From contig OZ242037.1 of NCBI GenBank assembly GCA_965205165.1, positions 1,637,520-1,701,519 of the forward strand: a stretch of 64,000 nt of DNA, read 5' to 3'. Source of the DNA: Dehalococcoidia bacterium. Lineage in GTDB: Bacteria; Chloroflexota; Dehalococcoidia; Bin125. The notes beneath the pieces are model-generated. The model worked only from the letters and a program-made list of their open reading frames with translations. It did no database searches and was not told where the DNA came from. The stretch's first letter is position 1; each line of letters begins with the position of its first letter. Below, piece by piece: positions 25,880-35,409 of the stretch. The position numbers and the translations under genes were made by a program.

Positions 25880-26590
25880 TCACGCACGTAAGCGCCGGGC
25901 GGCGGACGCATCGGCGGCGATTGCCGCGTCGAGCGGCAGGTCGGCCCCGCCGCGGATGGCCCGCTTGACGGCGGAAACGGCGGCCGGATCGGCCTCGGCG
26001 AGGCGGGCGGCGGCGGCCATCGCCGCGGCGTCGAGCTCGGCGGGCGGGACGATCTCGTGGACGATGCCCCATTGCAGGGCCTGCTCGGCGTCGATGGGGA
26101 GGCCGCTGAAGATCAGCTGCGCCGCGGGGGCGGGGCCGGCGATGCGGGGGGCGAGCTGGGTCGCGCCGGCGGAGGGGATGTAGCCGAGCGTGACTTCGGG
26201 CAGGGCGATGCGGGCGTCGTCCGCCGCGATCCGCAGGTCGCAGTAGAGCGGCAGCTCGATGCCCGCGCCGTAGCAGACGCCGTGCAGCGCCGCAATGGTC
26301 GGCTTGGGCAGCGCCTCCAGCAGCGCCCAGAGGTCCCGCTGCCGCCGCGCCTCCCGCGCCGCATGCAGCGATTCCGCCGTCCCGAACTCCCGGATGTCCG
26401 CCCCCGCCGAGAAGGCCCTCCCCTCCCCCGCAAAGACGAGCACCCGCACATCCGGATCCCAAACCGCCGCATGCACGAAGGTCCACAGCTCATCCCGCAT
26501 CGCCAAGTTGATCGCGTTCAGCGCCTCCGGCCGCTGGAGCGTGATGCGGGCGATGCCCTCTGTGGGCTTCTCATACTTAACGAGCGACAT
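25880..26590 (-). CDS. enoyl-CoA hydratase/isomerase family
   Basis: AFSAGADI, GAGIELPLYCDLRIA, PEVTLG. Confidence 0.93.
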   Translation of the reverse strand: MSLVKYEKPTEGIARITLQRPEALNAINLAMRDELWTFVHAAVWDPDVRVLVFAGEGRAFSAGADIREFGTAESLHAAREARRQRDLWALLEALPKPTIAALHGVCYGAGIELPLYCDLRIAADDARIALPEVTLGYIPSAGATQLAPRIAGPAPAAQLIFSGLPIDAEQALQWGIVHEIVPPAELDAAAMAAAARLAEADPAAVSAVKRAIRGGADLPLDAAIAADASAARRLRA

Positions 26591-26608
26591 GCGTGATGAC
26601 CATCCTTG

Positions 26609-28978
26609 TCATCTGCCGAAGATGCGCGATATAAAAGAGCGCCTTTGTTCACCAGCTGCCATTTCTCCTGGGGTGGTTTCCACTGCTATTTCTCTTGGGG
26701 TGGTTTCCACTGCTATCGGCAGCAAGTATCCGCCTACAGGCGCATCGCCCCGGCCGTTCTTGTCGTTGCCCCAGCAGACGATCTTTCCGTCATCGTGGAG
26801 CGCGACGCTGTGGGTACCGCCGGCGCTGACGGCGATGAATTGGCCTTCCGGCTTGTCGCTGCACAGGCGAGAGTAGTCGTTGCCCCAGCATTCGATGGTG
26901 CCGTCATCGCGGAGCGCGACGTTGTGGCTACCGCCGGCATTGACGGCGATGAATTGGCCTGCAGGCCGCACGCACTGGCCGTACCTGTTGTAGCCCCAGC
27001 ATTCGATGGTGCCGTCATCGCGGAGCGCGATGCTGTGGGCACCGCCGGCGCTGACGGCAATGAATCGACCTTCTGTCGGCTTGCCGCTGCACTGGTAGGA
27101 GTCATCGTTGCCCCAGCAGGCGATAGAGCCGTCATCGCGGAGCGCGATGCTGTGGCGACCGCCAGCGCTGACGGCGATAAATTGGCCTGTTGGCGCATCG
27201 CACTGGCCGTACCTGTTGTCGCCCCAGCAGGCGATAGAGCCGTCATCGCGGAGCGCGACGCTGTGGCCACCGCCGGCGCTGACGGCGATAAATTGGCCTG
27301 TTGGCGCATCGCACTGGCCGTACCTGTTGTCGCCCCAGCAGGCGATAGAGCCGTCATCGCGGAGCGCGACGCTGTGGCCCCTGCCGGTGCCGACGGCGAT
27401 AAATTGGCCTGTTGGCGCATCGCACTGGCCGTACCTGTTGTCGCCCCAGCCAATAACGAAGCCGTCTTCTCGTAGCATCAGATTATGAGAACCACCACTT
27501 GCTAGTCGATAATGCCAATAGAGGGCAGCTTCGTGCTTCTGAGCTCGTTGCTCTCGATCCAGCAGCTCGAGGTCCGATGGATGTCGTTGCTTGCGTCCAT
27601 CGTCGGCGTTGAACCAATTTTGGAGGGTGCCTATGTCGCGGCCGATCAGGATAAGATCATCGCGCTCACAGTCCAGACGCTCTTGCTCTTCGCGTTCTAA
27701 ATTTGCGAATTGTGAAGCGTGTCGATATTGACGATTAATATCAGTGTTGAACCAAGTGCGGAGGGCGTCGATGCCGCGGCCGATGCGAGCGATCTCTTCG
27801 TATTCGCGATCCAATCGTGTGGATTCGTCACGTTCTAGGTCGGCGAACTCGGAAGCATGGCGATGGCTGCGGCCGGTGTCGGCATCAAACCAGTGGCGGT
27901 GAGCGTCAATGTCTTGGTCAATGCGAGCAATCTCCTCGCGTTCGCGATCCCACCGTGCGGCTTCATCACGTTCTAGGTCGGCGAACTCGGAAACATGGCG
28001 ATGGCTGCGGCCGGTGTCAGCATCAAACCAGTGGCGGCGAGCGTCAATGTCTTGGTCAATGCGAGCAATCTCCTCGCGTTCGCGATCCCACCGTGCGGCT
28101 TCATCACGTTCTAGGTCGGCGAACTCGGAAACATGGCGATGGCTGCGGCCGGTGTCAGCATCAAACCAGTGGCGGCGAACATCAATGTTTTGGCCGATCT
28201 CAGCGATCTCCCCGCGTTCGCGATCCCACCGTGGGGCTTCACGCTCTAGGTCGGCGAACACGGAAGCGTGGCGATGACTACGGTCGGTGTCAGCACCGAA
28301 CCAATGGCGGAGGGTATCAATATCTTGGCCGATCTTGCCAATCTCTTCGCGTTCCTGTTCGCGTCGCTCCCACTCTTCCTCCCATTCGATCTCAGCTAGA
28401 CGCTGCTGTTCCCATGCCGTTAATGACGCGGTTGGCTTGTTTGCCAAACGTTGTTTGTCCCATTCTCGGCGTTCGCGTTGTTCGCGGAGGTCGTCCTCCG
28501 TGGCGGCAGGAGCTCCGGTGGCCGCCGAAGCCGATGGGTTGGCGATCTCGTCGGCGGCCTCGCTTAGGCCGCAGCGACGGAGGATGCGGGCGCAGAGAAC
28601 CGCGCACGCGTCGGCGTCTTCGGGGTTGAAATCGCCCAAGTCGTCGAGGTGCTTGATCTTGTCGTTCCAGAGCAGGCGGATGGAGTGCATCCGGTCCACA
28701 TCCTCGCTGGCGAGGCCGGGGAAGCGTTTTCGATTGCCTCCGACCAAGAAGGGGATATCGGCCTGATCGATGAGATTGGAGACGGGAATGCCCTGTTTGA
28801 GCTTGCGCATCCCGCCTTCGTACTTGAACAGGTTGCGTTCTTTGGCTTCGTCGTTGAAGAGCGCCGCCTGAATCCGCTTGGACCCTAGGGCGGCTTCAAT
28901 GAACGGGATCATCGAGTCGCGGTAGATGGTCGTCACCTCGATGAATCGAGCCTTGTTGGGGATTCGACCGCCGGGCAT
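26609..28978 (-). CDS. multidomain protein: Swt1/HEPN-like N-terminus, six 45-46-aa repeats, seven RCC1-like repeats
   Basis: SIRLLWNDKIKH...FNPEDA (degenerate HEPN-like), repeats EIARIDQDID...HWFDAD, and RCC1 units AGGxHSxALRDDGxIxCWG. Confidence 0.85.
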   Translation of the reverse strand: MPGGRIPNKARFIEVTTIYRDSMIPFIEAALGSKRIQAALFNDEAKERNLFKYEGGMRKLKQGIPVSNLIDQADIPFLVGGNRKRFPGLASEDVDRMHSIRLLWNDKIKHLDDLGDFNPEDADACAVLCARILRRCGLSEAADEIANPSASAATGAPAATEDDLREQRERREWDKQRLANKPTASLTAWEQQRLAEIEWEEEWERREQEREEIGKIGQDIDTLRHWFGADTDRSHRHASVFADLEREAPRWDRERGEIAEIGQNIDVRRHWFDADTGRSHRHVSEFADLERDEAARWDREREEIARIDQDIDARRHWFDADTGRSHRHVSEFADLERDEAARWDREREEIARIDQDIDAHRHWFDADTGRSHRHASEFADLERDESTRLDREYEEIARIGRGIDALRTWFNTDINRQYRHASQFANLEREEQERLDCERDDLILIGRDIGTLQNWFNADDGRKQRHPSDLELLDREQRAQKHEAALYWHYRLASGGSHNLMLREDGFVIGWGDNRYGQCDAPTGQFIAVGTGRGHSVALRDDGSIACWGDNRYGQCDAPTGQFIAVSAGGGHSVALRDDGSIACWGDNRYGQCDAPTGQFIAVSAGGRHSIALRDDGSIACWGNDDSYQCSGKPTEGRFIAVSAGGAHSIALRDDGTIECWGYNRYGQCVRPAGQFIAVNAGGSHNVALRDDGTIECWGNDYSRLCSDKPEGQFIAVSAGGTHSVALHDDGKIVCWGNDKNGRGDAPVGGYLLPIAVETTPREIAVETTPGEMAAGEQRRSFISRIFGR
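26661..26714. repeat. 27-bp tandem duplication at the gene's 3' end (AVETTPxE twice)
   Basis: atttctcYtggggtggtttccactgct occurs twice. Confidence 0.9.
26740..27505 (-). repeat. seven RCC1-like coding repeats, about 111-117 bp period
   Basis: Near-identical units 111 bp apart (gtcatcgcgg at 27131 and 27242). Confidence 0.9.
27530..28345 (-). repeat. six 135-138-bp coding tandem repeats
   Basis: cgttctaggtcggcgaac at 27831, 27969 and 28107 (138-bp period), with a variant at 28242. Confidence 0.92.
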
Positions 28979-29024
28979 GCTCTGATCTCCTCAACCGGTC
29001 CTCTGCGTGCTCACGGGAGCAAGG

Positions 29025-29267
29025 CTAGCGCCAGTCGGGTTTGCGGATTTCGGACTTGCGGCGGACGGACCAGAGGCGCTCGAGGTCGTCGTTCATCTTT
29101 TCGTGGAGGGCGTCCATCTCCTCGCGGCCGGGGCGCATTTCGCTGGATTTCCAGCGGCGGATGGCGGCGCGGTCGGACTTGCCGATTTCGACCTCTTCGA
29201 GCATTTGGTTGACGATGCGGTTGAAGATGGCCCACGCCTCTTCGATGTCCAGTTCGACCTTGACCAT
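29025..29267 (-). CDS. small hypothetical protein (paralog of 29312..29560)
   Basis: MVKVELDIEEAWAIF...IRRWK...IRKPDWR, with a GAGGGGG RBS. Confidence 0.8.
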   Translation of the reverse strand: MVKVELDIEEAWAIFNRIVNQMLEEVEIGKSDRAAIRRWKSSEMRPGREEMDALHEKMNDDLERLWSVRRKSEIRKPDWR

Positions 29268-29311
29268 GGCGGTTCCCCCTCGGCTGCGGATGGCGGGTTG
29301 CGCGGGCGCGG

Positions 29312-29560
29312 CTAGCGGACCTTGCGGTAGTAGTCGCGGCGGCGGACGGTGCGGGTGAGTTCCTCGTCGATCTGGTGGCCGAGGGCCTCGTTGACGGCGG
29401 CGGCGAAGGCCTCCATGGGCGGGCTGCCCTCTTCGAGGCCGGCGCGCCAGTCGCGGATGGCTTCGACCGCGTCGTCGCCGAGCTCGACTTGGTCGAGCAC
29501 TTGGGCGGTGACGAGGGTCATCAGGGACCAGGCTTCGGCTTCGTCCAGTTTGATCTGCAT
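29312..29560 (-). CDS. small hypothetical protein
   Basis: MQIKLDEAEAWSL...IRDWR...VRRRDYY, with a GGAGG RBS. Confidence 0.8.
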   Translation of the reverse strand: MQIKLDEAEAWSLMTLVTAQVLDQVELGDDAVEAIRDWRAGLEEGSPPMEAFAAAVNEALGHQIDEELTRTVRRRDYYRKVR

Positions 29561-29589
29561 GTGTTCCTCCGTGCGTGGTGTTGCGCGGG

Positions 29590-30312
29590 TCAGGCGCCGC
29601 GGAAGGCGGGTTCGCGCTTTTCGATGAAGGCGGCCACGCCTTCGGCGCGGTCGGCGGTGGCTTGGAGCAGGATGGTGAGTTCGGTCTCGTACTGGAGGCC
29701 GTGGGCGAGGGGCATTTCGGAGCCGCGCTGGAGCGCTTCCTTGGCATAGCGGAGGGCGATGGGGCCGCGCTGGGCGATCGCGTCGGCGAGGCGGCGGGCT
29801 TCGGCGCTTGGATCGTCGGCGACGGCGGTGATCAGGCCCCAGGCGAGGGCTTGATCGGCGCCGAGCAGGTTGCCGGCGAGGGCGAGCTGGCCGGCGCGGG
29901 AGCGGCCGATGGCGCGTGCTAGGCGCTGGAGGCCGCCGGCGATGGGGAAGCCGCCGTTGAGCGCGGCGGGCAGGCCGAATCGGGTGCCGGGCGCGGCGAC
30001 GCGGAGGTCGGCGCAGAGGGCGAGTTCGAGGCCGCCGTTGAGGCAGTCGCCGGCGATTGCGGCGATGGACGGCTGCGGGAGCGCGGCCAGCGGCGCGAAG
30101 GGGTCGCCGGGTTCGACCGCTTCGCCGTCCCAGCCGGCCCAGATTTGCGCAGCCGGGTCGAGCAGCAGGGCGCGGACGTCGTCGTCTTCGCCGATTTCGC
30201 GGCAGATGTCGGCGAGCGCCGAGGTGAAGCGCGCGTCGAGCCGATCGCCGCCGGAGACGACGGCCGCGCCGGCGTCGCGTTCCAAGAGCAGGTCTGCGGC
30301 GGCAGCGGGCAT
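29590..30312 (-). CDS. enoyl-CoA hydratase/isomerase family
   Basis: GGLELALCADLRVA and DRAEGVAAFIEKREPAFRG. Confidence 0.9.
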   Translation of the reverse strand: MPAAAADLLLERDAGAAVVSGGDRLDARFTSALADICREIGEDDDVRALLLDPAAQIWAGWDGEAVEPGDPFAPLAALPQPSIAAIAGDCLNGGLELALCADLRVAAPGTRFGLPAALNGGFPIAGGLQRLARAIGRSRAGQLALAGNLLGADQALAWGLITAVADDPSAEARRLADAIAQRGPIALRYAKEALQRGSEMPLAHGLQYETELTILLQATADRAEGVAAFIEKREPAFRGA

Positions 30313-30349
30313 TGTCGGTCCTGTTGCGGCGGGTTCGGCGCGGGAGCGC

Positions 30350-32743
30350 TCAGTCTACCGAAGGGTCGGCGCGGGGCGGTTCGAGGACGAGCCTGCGGCT
30401 GCCTGCGCGCTCGATCTCGGCGCGGTCGCGGAGCAGCGGCAGCAGGCGGCCGTTGAGCCAGGCGTCGGTCATCGGGCCGGCGGGGCGCAGGGGTTCGCCG
30501 GCCTGCTCGCCGGCGAGGGCGAACTGCGCGCGTGGCGGATCGGAGAGTTCGACGACGAGTCGGAGGGCGGGCGCGGCGGAGGGCGCGGCGAACGGGTCGA
30601 GGCCGAGCACGCCGGACTGGTTGATCGCGTCGGCGCTGCCGCCTGCGGGGAAGGGACCGGCGCTGAGCCACTTGCCGAGCAGGGGGACGTCGGCGAAGGC
30701 GTGGGCGAGGGTCAGTGCGCGGCAGCGTCCCCAACGCCAGGCGGCGGGTTCGGGGCCGAGCCGGTCGGCGAGCGTCCGCGCGGCGGCGCGGAGGGCGGCG
30801 GAGAGCTCGGATCGGGCGCGAGCTTGGTCGGCGCTGATGCGGGAGAGGGCCCAGCTGCCGGCGCGGGCGCTGAAGATGTCGAGCGCGCTGATGGCGGTTC
30901 CGGCGGCGGGCAGCGGGCGTCCGCCGAGGATGCCGTGCAGGGCGGCGCGGCGGTACTCGACGGCGGTGCAGGCGGCGACGGCCGCGGCGGCGGAGTCGGG
31001 CGCCGCGTCGCCGTCCCAGCCATCGAGCAGGTCGAGCAGCGGCGCGGTTTCGCGGTCGCGTTCGGCCAAAGCGCGGGCTTGTTCGGCGAACTCGCGCAGG
31101 CGCAGGTCGACTTGGTCGAGTTGGATGCGGGCGGAATCGGCGGGGGAGTGGCCGTCGGCGAGCGTCTCGGCGATCAGGTCGTAGATGCGCTGGGCGCGGG
31201 CGGAGTCGAGGTATTCGGCTCCGGACTCGGCCTCGTCGGCCGGGGTCAGCGGGTTGTTCGCGCTCACCGCGATTCCGCCGGGCGGGTCGAGCGTCCAAGG
31301 CTGCTCGGGCGGCTCGATGATGCCCTTGGGGACGCCGCCTTGATCGGGCGGGAGCCAGCCGGCGGCGGGGAAGCGGAGGAGGCCGGGCCGGCCGCGCTGG
31401 GCCGCGCCGGAGACGCGCATGCCGATGCGTCCGTCCGCGTCGGCGTAGCCGAAGCAGAGGTTGAAGTCGTCGACGGCGCAGATCGCGGCGCTGAATTCGT
31501 CCCAGTCGCGGGCGGCGAGCAGGCGCAGGATCGCGTTGCCGCTGTGCCGCGGTCTGAGCACCAGCGAGTTGAGCGCGAAGGCGCGGCGCTCGCCCGTCCG
31601 CTCGTCCGGGGGGGAGACGGCGTCGCTGATCTCGCCGGAGACGATCGGCCCGTTGGCGGTGCGGCGGATGCGGAGGGCGACGGGATCGCGGCCGGCGACC
31701 TCGATCCGCTCGTCGATTTGCTCGACCCCCGCCCAGCCGTGCTCGGTACGGCTGGACGTGCCGTCTTCGGAGAGTTCTTCGAGCACGGCGATGTTGGCGG
31801 CCTGCATCGACGCGGTCGGGCCCCAGGCGATGCGGTCGTTGTGTCCCCAGATGATGCCGGGCATGCCGGGGATGCCGGCGCCGGCGGCGTTGAACTGGGG
31901 GCAGTGGAGATGCGCGAAATGGGCGTGCGGCGGGGTGACCGGGCTGAGGTGCGGGTCGCAGGCGAAGATCGGCGCGTCGCTGGCGGCGTGGCGGCCGGCG
32001 ATGGCCCAATTGTTGCTCGCGCCACCGGCGATGCCGAGCGCCGAGCGCAGGGCGGCTGCTGCTTCGAGTGCGCCATCCGCTTCGCCGAGCTGTCCGTCGG
32101 GCGGGACGACGGTGCGCGTGTGAGCGGGCAGGGGTGGATCGATCTCGGCCAGCGCGGCGGGGCCGAACTCGGCGGCGATGCGCGCCCGTGCGATCTGCTG
32201 CTCCCAGGCGGTGCCGAGCAGGAACGAGAGCAGCTTGGACCAGGCGATGGAATCTTCCGCCCGCCACGGGCCGATCTCGGCTCCGAGCAGGCGCGCCTCG
32301 AACGGGCGCGGGGAGCGCTCGATCGCTGCGTTGATGCCGGCTAGGTAAGGCGCGACTTCGCGGCGCTCGGCCTCGGATGTGCGCTGCCACGCTTCTTCGG
32401 CGATGCGGCCGATGCCGAGCGTGCGGGTGAGGCGGTCGGCGGGCAGGCCGCGCTCGCCGACAATGGAGGCGATGCGGCCGGTCGCGGCGAGGCGGTTCCA
32501 GTGCATCTGCCAGAGGCGGTCGCTCGCCTGCGCGAAGCCGAGTCCGAACAGCGCGTCGGCGGCGGAGCGGGCGAAGATATGGGGGACGGACCAGCGGTCG
32601 CGCAGGATTTCGACCGGCGCATCGACGCCGTCGACGACGATCCTGCCGCGGGTGCGCGGCGCACGGCGCGGCAGCAGCGCCTCCGACGCCAGCGCGGCGG
32701 CCGCGCCGGCGGCCCGCCGCGCCGCGCTCAGCACTTGGGCCAC
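30350..32743 (-). CDS. penicillin acylase family (Ntn hydrolase)
   Basis: VEILRDRWSVPHIFA, GFAQASDRLWQM, catalytic SNNWAI, DPHL. Confidence 0.92.
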   Translation of the reverse strand: MAQVLSAARRAAGAAAALASEALLPRRAPRTRGRIVVDGVDAPVEILRDRWSVPHIFARSAADALFGLGFAQASDRLWQMHWNRLAATGRIASIVGERGLPADRLTRTLGIGRIAEEAWQRTSEAERREVAPYLAGINAAIERSPRPFEARLLGAEIGPWRAEDSIAWSKLLSFLLGTAWEQQIARARIAAEFGPAALAEIDPPLPAHTRTVVPPDGQLGEADGALEAAAALRSALGIAGGASNNWAIAGRHAASDAPIFACDPHLSPVTPPHAHFAHLHCPQFNAAGAGIPGMPGIIWGHNDRIAWGPTASMQAANIAVLEELSEDGTSSRTEHGWAGVEQIDERIEVAGRDPVALRIRRTANGPIVSGEISDAVSPPDERTGERRAFALNSLVLRPRHSGNAILRLLAARDWDEFSAAICAVDDFNLCFGYADADGRIGMRVSGAAQRGRPGLLRFPAAGWLPPDQGGVPKGIIEPPEQPWTLDPPGGIAVSANNPLTPADEAESGAEYLDSARAQRIYDLIAETLADGHSPADSARIQLDQVDLRLREFAEQARALAERDRETAPLLDLLDGWDGDAAPDSAAAAVAACTAVEYRRAALHGILGGRPLPAAGTAISALDIFSARAGSWALSRISADQARARSELSAALRAAARTLADRLGPEPAAWRWGRCRALTLAHAFADVPLLGKWLSAGPFPAGGSADAINQSGVLGLDPFAAPSAAPALRLVVELSDPPRAQFALAGEQAGEPLRPAGPMTDAWLNGRLLPLLRDRAEIERAGSRRLVLEPPRADPSVD

Positions 32744-32799
32744 GTCGCGCGCTTCATTCCGCGAGGGTATGGCGTCGGCTGCTCGTAGACTGCGGCGCG

Positions 32800-33579
32800 A
32801 TGGATCTGCAGCTGCACGGCAAGGCGGCGCTGATTACGGGGGCGTCCGAGGGGATCGGCCTCTACTGCGCGCTCGCGCTCGCGGCGGAGGGCGCGGACGT
32901 CGCCGTCTGCGCTCGGCGGCCGGAGCCGCTCGCCCGCGCGCGGGAACGGATCGACGCGGCCGGGCCGGGGCGGGCGCTGGCGATCGAGGCGGACTTGGGC
33001 GCGCCCGATGCCGCCGAGCGCGCCGTTGCGGAAACGGCGTCGGAGTTCGGGCGGCTGGACATCCTGATCAACAACATGGGGGTCTCGCTGCGCGGCGAGG
33101 GCGACGATGTGTGGCGGCAGATGTTCGAGCTCAACTTGATGGCCGCGGTGCGGGCGACGCGGGCGGCGCTGCCGCACTTGGAGGCCGCGGCGGCCGGGGA
33201 GGGCGCGGATGCGTCGAGCATCATCCACATCGGCTCGATCTTCGGGCGCGAGGCGGGCGGCTCGGCGCAGTACAACGCGATGAAGGCGGCGATTCACAGC
33301 CACGCCAAGTCGCTGGCGCTCGAACTCGCGCCGCGCAACATCCGCGCCAACGCGGTCGCGCCGGGATCGATCGCCTGGCCGGGCAGCCGCTGGCGGGAGC
33401 GCTACGAGGCGGACCCGGAAGGCATCCAGCGGAGCGTGCTGGACACGATCGCGTTCAACCGCTTCGGGCGGCCGGAGGAGGTCGCGGACGCGGTCGCGTT
33501 CCTCGCCTCGCCGCGCGCCTCGTGGGTGACGGGGGCCTGCCTCAACGTCGACGGCGGGCAGACGCGCTCTAACATCTAG
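32800..33579 (+). CDS. short-chain dehydrogenase/reductase
   Basis: TGASEGIG, YNAMK (YxxxK), NAVAPG, NVDGG. Confidence 0.94.
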   Translation: MDLQLHGKAALITGASEGIGLYCALALAAEGADVAVCARRPEPLARARERIDAAGPGRALAIEADLGAPDAAERAVAETASEFGRLDILINNMGVSLRGEGDDVWRQMFELNLMAAVRATRAALPHLEAAAAGEGADASSIIHIGSIFGREAGGSAQYNAMKAAIHSHAKSLALELAPRNIRANAVAPGSIAWPGSRWRERYEADPEGIQRSVLDTIAFNRFGRPEEVADAVAFLASPRASWVTGACLNVDGGQTRSNI

Positions 33580-33590
33580 GCGGAGGACGC

Positions 33591-34070
33591 ATGGCGGACG
33601 GGCACGTCTACGAGCACGCGCGGCGGCGCTTGGGCGCGGGGCCGATCACGGCGTTCGAGCGGAACGCGCCGCGCATCCTGCGGCCGCTGGCCGGCGGCGC
33701 GGTGGGGGCGAGCATCGTGGTGCTCTTCCTGGCGCTGCGCGGCGGCCCGCCGACGGACGAGATCGACGCGATCACGGGCACGCAGCGCGGCGGCTGGAAC
33801 CGCTTGGAGGACGTGCACCTGTTGATCGTGGTCAACGTCGCTGTGGTCGCGGCGATCGCGGCGAACTTCCTCGCGGAGTGGATCCACCGCTGGCTGGAGA
33901 TCGGCGTGGCGGCGTCGATCTGCGGGATCCTGATCGCCGTCCGCCAGCTGGGCGACCTCGGCGACGGCGGCCGCGCAGCGCTGCTGGCGCTGATCATCCT
34001 CAGCCTGGCCGCGGTAGCGGCAATCGCCGCCTACGACATCCTCACCCGCAACCAGCGCGCGGGCTACTGA
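33591..34070 (+). CDS. hypothetical four-TM membrane protein
   Basis: GGAGG RBS and four hydrophobic segments. Confidence 0.7.
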   Translation: MADGHVYEHARRRLGAGPITAFERNAPRILRPLAGGAVGASIVVLFLALRGGPPTDEIDAITGTQRGGWNRLEDVHLLIVVNVAVVAAIAANFLAEWIHRWLEIGVAASICGILIAVRQLGDLGDGGRAALLALIILSLAAVAAIAAYDILTRNQRAGY

Positions 34071-34100
34071 CTACATCACGCCCCCTGCGCGGCATTCTCC

Positions 34101-34589
34101 CTACCGGAGGTCGGGCAGGCTTGCTTGGTAGATCTCCGCGCTGGGCTCTTCAATCCGGAAGGGGAGGGTCATTCGGAGCTCGAGCAGTGCCCGGTCGTAG
34201 GTGAGGAACAGATCCGCCTCGACGTCCTTTGCCGTTGCGAGGTGAATGGCGTCGGGAGTGCGAATTCTCTTCACCCCCGACGCTTTGGCCTCCCTCACCA
34301 ACCCCCTCGCCTCAAGCGCGATGGCTTGGCTGACGGGCCGGTAACGGAAGCGCCGCGGACGCTGCATGAAGGCATCAATGGCCGTCGTGTTCGAGGGGTT
34401 GATGGGGGCCGGCTCAGTCGAGGCGTATGCGACTTCCGCGAGCGTGATCGTGGATGTGACGATGCTCGCGCCTCGCGCGCGCAATGCGCCGAACTGCGCC
34501 TCTACGACATCGGCCCGGTCGGGTTCGTTGTCGAGAACCGCGATGAAGACGCAAGCGTCGGAGTACGCGATCTCCACCTCACCATTCAT
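34101..34589 (-). CDS. PIN-domain (VapC-like) toxin
   Basis: YSDACVFI, STITLAEV, TPDAIHLATA, FLTYD. Confidence 0.88.
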   Translation of the reverse strand: MNGEVEIAYSDACVFIAVLDNEPDRADVVEAQFGALRARGASIVTSTITLAEVAYASTEPAPINPSNTTAIDAFMQRPRRFRYRPVSQAIALEARGLVREAKASGVKRIRTPDAIHLATAKDVEADLFLTYDRALLELRMTLPFRIEEPSAEIYQASLPDLR

Positions 34590-35352
34590 CGCGCAGCCGC
34601 CGGATCACGACCTCGGCGGGCGGATCGCCGGGCTTCCAAGGGATCGAACCACGGGCTGCCTTCCAATCCTCTTCCCAATGCTCGTCGTCGTCGGAGAGCG
34701 CTTCGAACCGTGTGACGTTGCGGACGCTGATCGGGTCTCCGCCCGGCGATCGATGCGTCACGAGGCCGGTGACTCGGGCAAAGCCGAGCTGCCAAGCCTC
34801 GGTGGCGAGATCGGCGTGTTCCGGGCTCAACTGGCAGCGGACCGCGCACTGCCGCATGTCATCCAGCAGGGTCATGTGCAGATCGTTCTGCCGATTGATG
34901 GAGACGACCTCTCCTTCAACGGAGCCGATGTCCGCGTATGTAGTCCCTTCGCTCTTTGCGGCGCGCGGTCCGAGCTGCGTCACGGCGTGCGTCGCGTCAG
35001 CCGTGGCGAACTTGACGGATTGCACGCCTTTGCGCTTGGTCAGTCGGGCCAATTTGCGGATCGGACGGCAGACGGCGGGCGATGCTTCGAGCGGCCGGTC
35101 CATGCTGAGATCGGCGGCGATTGCGTCGTACCGCTCGGCGATCTCCCGGGCTTGGGGCGAAGCATCCCCTGCTTCCAAGCGGATGTGGGCGCTGCCGGCG
35201 CGCAGATCGCCGACGCGCCACGTCAGATTCGAGTTCGGCGCATGATCGGCTTGGAGGGCGGAGACCAGCTCGTGCAGTCCGGCGGCAGCCGTCGCCAAGG
35301 TCTCGATGTCGACGTCGCCCTCGATCGAGAACGCGATGATCGGCCATGCCAC
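34579..35352 (-). CDS. hypothetical protein, upstream partner of the PIN toxin
   Basis: 257-aa ORF overlapping the PIN start; ends PAEVVIRRLRDEW, like an antitoxin tail. Confidence 0.75.
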   Translation of the reverse strand: MAWPIIAFSIEGDVDIETLATAAAGLHELVSALQADHAPNSNLTWRVGDLRAGSAHIRLEAGDASPQAREIAERYDAIAADLSMDRPLEASPAVCRPIRKLARLTKRKGVQSVKFATADATHAVTQLGPRAAKSEGTTYADIGSVEGEVVSINRQNDLHMTLLDDMRQCAVRCQLSPEHADLATEAWQLGFARVTGLVTHRSPGGDPISVRNVTRFEALSDDDEHWEEDWKAARGSIPWKPGDPPAEVVIRRLRDEW

Positions 35353-35409
35353 TATGCACCTCGCCCTTCGAGCGTATGCGGGTCAACCGCGGGCGGCGGC
35401 GGGGGAGGA

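Noticed and set aside
26740-27505. Near-identical RCC1 units as a DGR template/variable repeat pair
   Set aside because: All copies are in-frame tandem coding units and there is no reverse transcriptase in the window.
27530-28345. Regular DNA repeats as a CRISPR array
   Set aside because: Contiguous in-frame 135-138-bp units with no unique spacers and no cas genes.
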